64,000 nt of DNA from Niabella sp. Lineage in GTDB: Bacteria; Bacteroidota; Bacteroidia; Chitinophagales; Chitinophagaceae. Below are positions 55,926 through 64,000 of this stretch, piece by piece. The stretch covers positions 11,901-75,900 of the forward strand of contig JAPUDO010000126.1 of NCBI GenBank assembly GCA_027493055.1, given 5' to 3'. The translations under genes were made by a program, and so were the position numbers. Positions within the stretch are counted from its first letter, which is position 1. Each line of letters begins with the position of its first letter. The notes beneath the pieces were generated by a model. That model had not been told where the DNA came from. It did no database searches and was given only the letters and a program-made list of their open reading frames with translations.

Positions 55926-58402
55926 TTCTTTTTATCCACCCACCATTGCATCAGGAATCCACCCACTACTATAACGATCAGCAGCCATGAGCTGAGATAA
56001 GAAATTGTCACTCCCTTTTTTACTGTTTCCGGCTCAAAAACAAGCTTTATAGTATGCTGCCCCTGCGGAATAAGTAAGCCCCGCATAAAATAGTTGGCTT
56101 TAACAATATTGGTTTTCTTTCCATCGATATAAGCATTCCACCCGGCAGGATAATACACTTCGCTGAAAACGGCAAATCCGCCGGTGGAAGTGCTGGCCGT
56201 ATATTCTATTTCGTCATTCGTGTACTTCACCAGTTTTATGACAGAAGAAGAATCTGCTGTTGTATTGCCTGCATTTTCCAGGAAAGACCTTTGCACCACA
56301 GCAGTATCTTTTAAATTGATATTTCCAATAAGCTGCAGTTCTTCCACTTCATTTGCAACCGGCTTCACCGCTTTTACAAACCAGGCGGCTCCATAAGCAT
56401 TGGGATTAGGAATAATATGCTGCTGCCCGTTTTGATCGGTGTTAATAATATACCGTACATCAAGCGCGTTCAGGATCTGCTCATTGGGAGCTCCTGTAAA
56501 GTACCTTTCTATAATATCCTGGTATATCCGAAGCTTCACAGCCGAATATCCTAATGCCGAACGATGAAAATAAGAAACCCTGTTACTGTTCAGCCCCGCC
56601 ACGTCGTACACCCTGAAATGCGGGTCTTTATCCTTTAAAATTTCCAAGTCAATTGGAGTGGGTGCCTCAATCTGGCTGGCTATTTCATCTTTAGCAATAT
56701 AATGGTCATCGCTGAAATATTGTTTGTCTACCACCCAAAGATCTATAATACTGATCGCCGCAAAAGCTATTACTGCTATTGCCGGCCTGATCATATTCTT
56801 TAATACGGCATAAACAACACCCAATACGATCAACATAAATAAAACAGCTCTAAGTACCTGACCGCCAAACGCTGCCTGCCTGTCGGCCTTCATTCCGGCT
56901 ACTATAGCACGGTTAAAGGTATCCCCTCCATTGGGATCAAGTTGCATCTGCATTATCTGCTCATCAAATCCCGAAACGTAACTCTGACCGATGTATAATA
57001 AAGCCAGCACCGCAGCAATACCGCCCAGCGTGTACAATATTTTTTTAAAATTAGCTTGTAAAAACTCCTGGGCATTTTTTGAAAAAAATAATGTATAAAC
57101 TGTGATCACGGCCATTAACGGCATAGTAAAGCCAGCTATTACCAAAGCCATGGAAGGTGCACGAAATTTATTGTAAAAGGGTAATGTATTCAGCAAGAAC
57201 TCATTAAACCCTAAAAAATATTTACCCCAGCTCATTACAATAGAAAGGACTGTTACAATCAGCAACGCCCACTTTAATGGCCCTCGAACTACCACAAAAC
57301 CAATAATTGCCAAAATAAAAATGATGGCTCCTATATAGGGAGGTCCGGCTGTTCCCACCTCACCAGGCCCTATCATTCCTCCCCAATAAGCAGGTAATTG
57401 GGATATAAATTGAGCGGCCTGTGTTTCGGGAACACCTGCGGATACTAATTTCTCCACCACTTTTGAATCTTCCTTAAGCGTTGTACTAATTCCTCCGCCT
57501 ACTGCCCGGGGCATTAACATTACAAGCGGCTCTACCTTACTCATACTGTATTGCATTGCATAGTCCGCGTCTAAGCCGGTTGTATTAACCGCTTTTACCT
57601 CATTGCCTTTTATCTCCACACTTTTGCCCCCGCGCATAGTATATTTTGTGTATTCATTTGTTGTAAGATACGCCAGGGAATAGCAGCCCAATCCTACCAA
57701 TGCAGCCACTGCGCTAAGTCCAAAAACAATAGCTATATGTTTATACTCCTTATTTTTTATCCAAACTACAAGGTAACCTATTGTAACTGCAGCCGCAATC
57801 AAAAAGAAATAGTATGCTATCTGGGGGTGATTAGCCATCAGTTCCAGCATTGCACCCAGCGTGGCTACAGCCAGCCCTATCCAGTATCTTTTATTAAATA
57901 TCAGCAGCAGCCCTGCAAGCAATAAAGGCATATAGGCAATGGCCATCATCTTGGTTTCGTGACCGGCACTTATGATCAGCGGGTTGTAAGTAGCATAAGC
58001 ATAGGTTAATGCTCCAAAAATTCCAATGGCCGGGTTAAAGCGCAATACCACACATAAAATATAAAAACAAACGCAGGCCATAAAAAAGAAGTTCATTGGT
58101 TTGGGTAAGCCCAGGTTAAACACTTTGTTCAGATCAAAGGGTAACGCAGACTTACCCTCCATAACAATCTGGTAATTAGGCATTCCGCTGAATACGCTGG
58201 TGCTCCACAGGGGCATTTTGCCGGTCTTTTCTTTTACATCAAAAGCATTTTGAGCCGATCCGCGCCAGCCAACTATACCAGTATCATGCTGGTTCAGCAC
58301 TTTCCCATCCAGCACCGGTTTACAAAAAAGTACGGTTACTACTAAAAAAACAAGAATAGCGGCCACATGGGGCAGCGCTTTTTTCAACCAGCTATTATTC
58401 AT
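55907..58402 (-). CDS. YfhO-family multi-TM GT-C glycosyltransferase
   Basis: LWSTSVFSGMPNYQ, AGHETK, NHPQIAYY, YNKFRAPSM and FSEVYYPAGWNAYIDG...ANYFMRGL. Confidence 0.9.
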   Translation of the reverse strand: MNNSWLKKALPHVAAILVFLVVTVLFCKPVLDGKVLNQHDTGIVGWRGSAQNAFDVKEKTGKMPLWSTSVFSGMPNYQIVMEGKSALPFDLNKVFNLGLPKPMNFFFMACVCFYILCVVLRFNPAIGIFGALTYAYATYNPLIISAGHETKMMAIAYMPLLLAGLLLIFNKRYWIGLAVATLGAMLELMANHPQIAYYFFLIAAAVTIGYLVVWIKNKEYKHIAIVFGLSAVAALVGLGCYSLAYLTTNEYTKYTMRGGKSVEIKGNEVKAVNTTGLDADYAMQYSMSKVEPLVMLMPRAVGGGISTTLKEDSKVVEKLVSAGVPETQAAQFISQLPAYWGGMIGPGEVGTAGPPYIGAIIFILAIIGFVVVRGPLKWALLIVTVLSIVMSWGKYFLGFNEFLLNTLPFYNKFRAPSMALVIAGFTMPLMAVITVYTLFFSKNAQEFLQANFKKILYTLGGIAAVLALLYIGQSYVSGFDEQIMQMQLDPNGGDTFNRAIVAGMKADRQAAFGGQVLRAVLFMLIVLGVVYAVLKNMIRPAIAVIAFAAISIIDLWVVDKQYFSDDHYIAKDEIASQIEAPTPIDLEILKDKDPHFRVYDVAGLNSNRVSYFHRSALGYSAVKLRIYQDIIERYFTGAPNEQILNALDVRYIINTDQNGQQHIIPNPNAYGAAWFVKAVKPVANEVEELQLIGNINLKDTAVVQRSFLENAGNTTADSSSVIKLVKYTNDEIEYTASTSTGGFAVFSEVYYPAGWNAYIDGKKTNIVKANYFMRGLLIPQGQHTIKLVFEPETVKKGVTISYLSSWLLIVIVVGGFLMQWWVDKKKLAISN

Positions 58403-58478
58403 TGTCAGAAACTTTATTATTTATTGGCCCTGCACGGGTACAATCCCGGGCAAAATAATACTATTTTATACGAAACCC

Positions 58479-58532
58479 TGCTGAAATTTTCAGGATTATA
58501 TTTATTTTATAAAAGGCTGAAAAATTTCAGCA
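58479..58532. promoter_or_regulatory. Inverted repeat in the divergent promoter region (possible operator)
   Basis: TGCTGAAATTTTCAG (58479-58493) and CTGAAAAATTTCAGCA (58517-58532); each half is itself nearly palindromic. Confidence 0.5.
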
Positions 58533-58582
58533 AGCTTCATCCCGGATAAAATAAATAATAAATTTGCCGGATAAATTTGCTA

Positions 58583-58885
58583 ATGCGCTGGTTAATATTT
58601 TTATCAAGGGTGGCCTTTATCTGTGGCGTTTTTATGCTGCTGGCATTTTCCCTGCTTTTTACTTCGGTGAATAAAGCAGAGACTATTTCATCCACTATTA
58701 TTATGGCCGGCTATGGGTTAGCCATGGTAATACTGCCCTTAACAGGCTTCTTTTATTTAATATTTACAATTACCGGTAAAAAGCCAGCGCAATATGTGCC
58801 ACGCTGGCTTATGCTTGCAAATATTTTCCTGCTTTTTATTTTTCTACTTTTTACTTTTTACATCAATGATCCGTACTATCATTAA
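58583..58885 (+). CDS. Small hypothetical membrane protein (about 3 TM)
   Basis: Hydrophobic ~100 aa ORF overlapping the yhhQ start by 20 nt. Confidence 0.65.
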   Translation: MRWLIFLSRVAFICGVFMLLAFSLLFTSVNKAETISSTIIMAGYGLAMVILPLTGFFYLIFTITGKKPAQYVPRWLMLANIFLLFIFLLFTFYINDPYYH

Positions 58886-59663
58886 AGATAAGCCTACCAG
58901 GCTGTATATTTTATTGGGAGGTTTTTTTATAGCCAATGCCATTATTGCTGAAGTAATTGGGGTTAAAATCTTTTCCCTGGAAAAAACACTTGATATTGCT
59001 CCATTTGACATCAGCCTGTTTGGCAATAGTTTTTCTTTCAATCTTACTGCGGGTGTTTTGCTCTGGCCTGTTGTTTTTATAATGACAGATATTATTAACG
59101 AGTATTATGGTATGAAAGGAGTGCGCTTTTTGTCGCTGATTGCCGCTGTGCTGATTGCTTACACCTTTATTGCGTTCCAGGGCGCTATAGGCCTTGCCCC
59201 TGCCGACTTCTGGACGACCAATTACAGGCATCAGCATATAAACGATGCAAATGATGCTTACCGCATTATTTTAGGGCAGGGCTCCTGGATTATTATTGGC
59301 TCGCTGGCAGCATTTTTAGCCGGGCAGGTTTTGGATGTACTGATTTTTCACAGCATTAAAAAAGCCACAGGCGAAAAAGCTATATGGTTAAGGGCTACCG
59401 GCAGTACACTGGTTTCTCAGTTAATAGATAGCTTCGTGGTTTTATTCATTGCATTTTATATAGGTCCGCGCGTATCTGCCAACCAGGGTGAGCCCTGGAG
59501 CCTGAACCTGGTAATGGCTATTTGCGTGGGTAATTATATTTATAAGTTTATAGTAGCCATAGCAATGACACCGGTAATTTACCTGGTACATAGCATTATA
59601 GAAAGATACCTGGGTGCAGGGCTGGCAGCAGAAATGAAAAGGGACGCAATGGGGAGAAGTTAG
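58866..59663 (+). CDS. yhhQ: Queuosine precursor transporter (YhhQ/VUT family)
   Basis: AEVIGVKIF, VFIMTDIINEYYG, GSLAAFLAGQVLD and RATGSTLVSQLIDS; start moved to ATG 58866. Confidence 0.9.
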   Translation: MIRTIIKDKPTRLYILLGGFFIANAIIAEVIGVKIFSLEKTLDIAPFDISLFGNSFSFNLTAGVLLWPVVFIMTDIINEYYGMKGVRFLSLIAAVLIAYTFIAFQGAIGLAPADFWTTNYRHQHINDANDAYRIILGQGSWIIIGSLAAFLAGQVLDVLIFHSIKKATGEKAIWLRATGSTLVSQLIDSFVVLFIAFYIGPRVSANQGEPWSLNLVMAICVGNYIYKFIVAIAMTPVIYLVHSIIERYLGAGLAAEMKRDAMGRS

Positions 59664-59936
59664 CTGATTTGCTGATTATTACAATTCCCAATTTTGATAT
59701 TTATGAGTTTAGGAGGAGCGCCCAAACGCGTAATCTACTCGGGGAAATCGGTATCTTTGGAAATAATTATGATATTACCAGCAATCTTTGCCAGATTATA
59801 AATTTCTGCATCTGTTTTAACTATGCAAGTTGAGGCTGTAAGCGGATTTAACCAATTGTCCTGTGTCATCTTGCATCCATTTAGCTATAATGGGTGAAAT
59901 ATTTGAATCCAGCCATATTTCCCATTCAGGCTGCAT
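59660..59936 (-). pseudogene. DUF5615/PIN-like toxin remnant
   Basis: Not in the ORF track. MQPEWEIWLDSNISPIIAKW...[shift ~59820]...DAEIY...IISKDTDFPE*ITRLGAPPKLINIKIGNCNN; in-frame TAG at 59735-59737. Confidence 0.75.
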
Positions 59937-60166
59937 GAAAGACTACTGTATTCTTCATTTTTAACGATGCATAAAGTAATGCAGCATTTATATCATCAGG
60001 CTCCAGGAGGGGATGTTGTTCCAAAATTTGCTCATTTGATAAACCGGTAGCCAGGAGCTCTAATATATTACTCACAGGAAAGCGCATCCCTCGGATTATG
60101 GGTTTACCAGACATAATACCAGGGTTTATTGTAATACGTTGCAAAAGCTCTTCCTGTTTTATTCAT
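59926..60166 (-). pseudogene. DUF433-family antitoxin; N-terminus frameshifted (or expressed from TTG 60144)
   Basis: RITINPGIMSGKPIIRGMRFPV..ILELLA.G...EQILEQHPLLE..DI; ATG 60166 is out of frame by one A in an A4 run. Confidence 0.75.
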
Positions 60167-60381
60167 TCAAATAAATTATACTTCAATTTACAAAATCTCA
60201 GGGGCTTTATAAGTTGTGATCCGTTATGTTTATAAATTTTGGAATTACCCTCATTAAATCCAGATTTTTCGCCCTATTTTTGCACGATTTTTTTTTGTTG
60301 ATATTTATTCATCAGCACAAGAGTGCGACGCAAGAAAGATGCTATAAGCACTAAGGCTGGCTACATAAAAAAGAAAAATAA

Positions 60382-61494
60382 ATGCCTGATACTCAAACAC
60401 AGTCCCGCGCTATTTTATTGTTACAGGATGGCACCATTGCCGAAGGTTTTGCCTTTGGCGCTATTGGCACCACTACCGGAGAAATTTGTTTTAATACCGG
60501 CATGACCGGCTACCAGGAGGTGTTTACTGACCCCAGTTATTATGGACAGATCGTAATTATGAACGCTGTGCATGTAGGCAATTACGGAGTGATCCCCGAA
60601 GACGTGGAAAGCGACAGCGTAAAGGTATTGGGCGTAATTGCTAAAAACCTGAACGAGAATTATTCCCGCAAAAGGGCCGAAGGCTCTCTGGACGCCTATC
60701 TGAAAAAGAATAATATTGTTTCCATTCATGGTGTAGATACCCGTGCCCTGGTAGCCCATATCCGCACCAAAGGCGCCATGAACTGCATTATATCTTCTGA
60801 AACCTTTGATATTGAAGAGCTGAAACAACGGCTGGCAGCAACACCCGATATGAGCGGCCAGGAGCTGGCTTCAAAAGTTTCTACCAAAGAAGCTTATGAG
60901 CTGGGCGATGCCAATGCTGCTATAAAAATTGCAGTAATGGATTACGGCACCAAGCAGCATATTTTAAAATGTATGGCAGATAGGGGTGCGCATGTAAAAG
61001 TATTTCCCGCCAAAACTCCTCTTGAAGAAGTAAAAAGCTTTAACCCCGATGGCTATTTTATATCCAATGGCCCGGGCGATCCTGCCGCTATGGATTATGC
61101 TGTCAACACCGTTAAAGATATTTTAAACGAAAACAAACCTGTTTTTGGTATTTGCCTGGGCCACCAGTTGCTGGCATTAGCCAATGGCATAGAAACCTTC
61201 AAAATGCATCATGGCCACAGGGGATTGAACCACCCGGTAAAAAACCTTATTACGGGGAAATCTGAAATCACTACCCAAAACCATGGTTTTGGCGTAAGCC
61301 CTGAATCAATAAAAGCATCGGATAAGGTAGAGGTAACGCATGTGAACCTGAATGACCAGTCCATAGAGGGCATACGGGTAAAAGGCAGGCCCGCCTTTTC
61401 CGTACAGTACCACCCCGAAAGCACACCTGGCCCTCATGATTCGAGGTACCTGTTTGATGATTTTATTGAGATGATCAAAGCTTCAAAAAATTAA
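60382..61494 (+). CDS. carA: Carbamoyl-phosphate synthase small subunit
   Basis: GEICFNTGMTGYQEVFTDPSY, SNGPGDP, FGICLGHQ, HGHRGLNHPV and SVQYHPE. Confidence 0.98.
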   Translation: MPDTQTQSRAILLLQDGTIAEGFAFGAIGTTTGEICFNTGMTGYQEVFTDPSYYGQIVIMNAVHVGNYGVIPEDVESDSVKVLGVIAKNLNENYSRKRAEGSLDAYLKKNNIVSIHGVDTRALVAHIRTKGAMNCIISSETFDIEELKQRLAATPDMSGQELASKVSTKEAYELGDANAAIKIAVMDYGTKQHILKCMADRGAHVKVFPAKTPLEEVKSFNPDGYFISNGPGDPAAMDYAVNTVKDILNENKPVFGICLGHQLLALANGIETFKMHHGHRGLNHPVKNLITGKSEITTQNHGFGVSPESIKASDKVEVTHVNLNDQSIEGIRVKGRPAFSVQYHPESTPGPHDSRYLFDDFIEMIKASKN

Positions 61495-61512
61495 TTAAAA
61501 AAGTATCGTAAT

Positions 61513-61542
61513 GCCGCCTCAAAATAACTGGGGCGGTTTTTT
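61513..61542 (+). terminator. Intrinsic terminator after carA
   Basis: GCCGCCTC/GGGGCGGT stem followed by a T tract. Confidence 0.7.
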
Positions 61543-61676
61543 CATGGCTATACGCAGCTAAAAAACCAGAACATTCTGCACGTTTCATCTTTTTTTTGCA
61601 AAAATTATCAGCTTTTTGCGGGTTTTTGCAGGAAATTATATTATCTTTAGCTTGCCATTAACAAAATACCCAAAGA

Positions 61677-62426
61677 TTGCTAAAAAAAGAAAGACAGGCG
61701 TATATACTTCATGAGCTCAATCTTCATAATAAAGTATTGAGTGTTGATTTATGTAATGAGATAGCAGTTTCGGAAGATACCATAAGAAGAGATTTGCACG
61801 AGCTATCAGAGGCAGGGCAATTGATAAAAGTACATGGCGGCGCGCTCTCCATGGCTTTTAACGGCATACAGTTCAAACCAGTAAATGTTTATTCGCAGTC
61901 ACAAAAAAAGACCATTGTAAATAAGGCGTTGCAATTGATAAAAGACGGGATGTTTGTGCTCACCAGCGGGGGAACCACTATTCTTGAGCTGATAAGGGCT
62001 TTACCACCCCATCTTAAGTTAACCATCATGACAGGCAGTGTTCCTGTTATTAATGCCTGCCTGGCGCATCCGAAACTTGAAGTAGTGGTAATAGGCGATA
62101 AATTATCAAAAGATTCGAGGTTAACAGTGGGAGCAGAAGCTATTGAGAAAATCAGCAATGTAAACGCAGATCTGTGCTTTTTGGGAACAAATGCTATTGA
62201 TGTGGAGCGTGGTGTTACCGATAATGACTGGGAAGTAGTGCAGGTAAAAAAAGCTATGATAAGCTCAGCCGCCAGGGTGATCAGCATGATCATTTCAGAA
62301 AAGCTGGGAACCTGGCAGCCTATAAGTGTGTGCGGATTGGATAAAATAGACTACCTGGTTACAGAGCTGGAGCCTTTAAACCCTGCATTAGCAACCTTTA
62401 GAGAAGCTGGTGTAACAGTATTGTAG
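61677..62426 (+). CDS. DeoR/GlpR-family transcriptional regulator (TTG start)
   Basis: MLKKERQAYIL, VSEDTIRRDL..L, VHGGA and GGTT. Confidence 0.93.
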   Translation: MLKKERQAYILHELNLHNKVLSVDLCNEIAVSEDTIRRDLHELSEAGQLIKVHGGALSMAFNGIQFKPVNVYSQSQKKTIVNKALQLIKDGMFVLTSGGTTILELIRALPPHLKLTIMTGSVPVINACLAHPKLEVVVIGDKLSKDSRLTVGAEAIEKISNVNADLCFLGTNAIDVERGVTDNDWEVVQVKKAMISSAARVISMIISEKLGTWQPISVCGLDKIDYLVTELEPLNPALATFREAGVTVL

Positions 62427-62462
62427 AAATTCAGAATAACTATACTTTTAAATTAGAGAACT

Positions 62463-64000
62463 ATGAGGAAAACAATTACTAATGCTGTATTCCTGTGGCT
62501 GTTTTGCTGTTTGCTGCACAGTATGGCATTTGCTCAGATCCGAACAATAACAGGTACTGTTACTGATGATGGCGGAAAAGCAATTTACGGCGCCACAGTT
62601 TCTGTAAAAGGAACTGTAAAGGCCACCTCTACCGATCAGGAAGGAGCTTTTTCTATTTCAGCTTCTGCAGGTGATGTACTCGAATTTACAGTTGTTGGCT
62701 ATAAAAGCCATAGTGTTACTGTAGGTGCATCAGATTTTATTTCGGTCAGCCTTACACCCAGCGATGCAAACCTGGATGAGGTAGTAGTAGTAGGTTATGG
62801 TATGCAAAAGAAAAGCAATATTACCGGCGCTATTACCAATGTAAATGTAGAAAAAACGCTTGGCAGCAGGCCCATTGCTGATATAGGTCGCGGCCTGCAG
62901 GGCGCTGTTCCCGGTTTATCAGTACGTATTCCCAGCGGTGAAGTGGGCTCTGACCCTTTAATGCGTATTCGCGGATTTGTAGGCTCTATACAGGGTTCAA
63001 GTGCACCACTGCTGTTGGTAGATAACGTAGAAGTGCCCAGCATCCAGGTGCTTAATCCCAATGATGTAGAAAGCATAACCGTATTAAAAGACGCTTCTTC
63101 TGCCTCTATTTACGGCGCTAAAGCGGCTTTTGGCGTAATATTGATCACTACCAAAAAAGGGGCAAAAAAAGAAGGTGCTGAACTGACTTACTCCAATAAC
63201 TTCTCCTGGCAAACTCCATTCAAAGAGTTGAAGCTGGCAGGCATTGACGGTTTGCAATATACGGTAGACGCTTATAAAAATTCGGGGGGCGCCGGTCCGG
63301 CTGGCGGTTTTTGGCGTGTAGACAGCGCCAGCCTGGAAAAAGCCAGGGAATGGCAGCGCTTATATGGCAATACAGTAAAACCTACTGATCCTGTTGTATA
63401 TGGCAGGGACTGGTACTGGGATGGCATTCAGAAATTTGGCTACCGGATTTATGATCCCATCAACACCATGATAAAAAAATACACTTTTACGCAGAATCAT
63501 AATATTTCACTCAACGGCAAGTCCAATAAAACACTTTATAATGTAGGATTTGGTTATCTCAATCAAACCGGTATGATGAAGCCGGCCGAGCATGATGATT
63601 TTAACAGGTACACGGCTAATTTTAAGGTTTCAAGCCAGGTGAATGATTTTGTGGCGGTGAGGGCAGGCGGTTTGTATTCCGATCGTACCAAACGTTATCC
63701 CAACTCAACCAATAGCTCCGGTTTTGGAGCCGATCCCTGGCTGTACCTGTATCGCTGGAGCCTTCTGTTTCCCACAGGAGTAAAAGAGCTGGGTGAGGAA
63801 ATACGTGACCCGTATTGGGATGCAAAAAATACCAACACAGTTACGGATCAGAAAAAATATATAAACCTGAATTTTGGTACCACTATAGATATCACAAAGA
63901 ACTGGCAGCTAATAGCCGATTATACTTACGACTTCCGAAACGAGGCCAGCAAGTCTTCCTTGCCGCAAATAACCCTGAGGGAACATTGGTATGGCGTTAT
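62463..64000 (+). CDS. susC: SusC/RagA TonB-dependent transporter, 5' part; runs off the window edge
   Basis: Not in the ORF track because no stop lies in the window. ATG 62463 gives a signal peptide, RTITGTVTD, LDEVVVVGYGMQKKSNITGAI, MRIRG, PLLLVDNV and ESITVLKDASSASIYGAKAAFGVILITTKKG. Confidence 0.95.
   Translation, partial: MRKTITNAVFLWLFCCLLHSMAFAQIRTITGTVTDDGGKAIYGATVSVKGTVKATSTDQEGAFSISASAGDVLEFTVVGYKSHSVTVGASDFISVSLTPSDANLDEVVVVGYGMQKKSNITGAITNVNVEKTLGSRPIADIGRGLQGAVPGLSVRIPSGEVGSDPLMRIRGFVGSIQGSSAPLLLVDNVEVPSIQVLNPNDVESITVLKDASSASIYGAKAAFGVILITTKKGAKKEGAELTYSNNFSWQTPFKELKLAGIDGLQYTVDAYKNSGGAGPAGGFWRVDSASLEKAREWQRLYGNTVKPTDPVVYGRDWYWDGIQKFGYRIYDPINTMIKKYTFTQNHNISLNGKSNKTLYNVGFGYLNQTGMMKPAEHDDFNRYTANFKVSSQVNDFVAVRAGGLYSDRTKRYPNSTNSSGFGADPWLYLYRWSLLFPTGVKELGEEIRDPYWDAKNTNTVTDQKKYINLNFGTTIDITKNWQLIADYTYDFRNEASKSSLPQITLREHWYGV

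Noticed and set aside
59735-59737. TAG readthrough or pyrrolysine in the DUF5615 gene
   Set aside because: The gene also has a frameshift and truncation; simple decay explains it.

Overview
A 64 kb chromosomal window from a Bacteroidota genome, probably Chitinophagaceae (inferred from TAnnTTTG -7 promoter boxes, a SusC gene, Bacteroidota-type AtpB and HemA, and futalosine-pathway mqnA). It holds a near-complete heme cluster (hemA-C-D-E-F-B-N, with hemH and hemJ divergent) and a truncated ATP synthase operon (atpBEFH only). It also holds ruvC, proS, scpA, mscL, ppk2, frr, an L-arabinose operon, Ku/LigD NHEJ genes, prfC, purB, mqnA, a CDP-sugar/C-methyltransferase/glycosyltransferase/YfhO cluster, yhhQ, carA, and a DeoR regulator with the start of a SusC gene. 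I found no rRNA, tRNA, CRISPR array, transposase or integrase. The most striking unexplained structure is a family of 7-bp-periodic palindromic repeats. They form 16-29 bp inverted arms around two ~480 bp four-helix-bundle (IVS/Avd-like) gene cassettes, each ending 5-6 nt before the start codon of a housekeeping gene (hemB, purB). They also occur as empty hairpins at operon junctions and in-frame inside hemC; a second GC-rich hairpin family sits in-frame in hemE. Other leads: LigD split at an A9 / A_AAA_AAG slippery site, a three-stem leader RNA before hemH, an intact TA pair inside the heme operon, and several decayed accessory genes absent from the ORF track. All family assignments come from motif recognition, not database searches.
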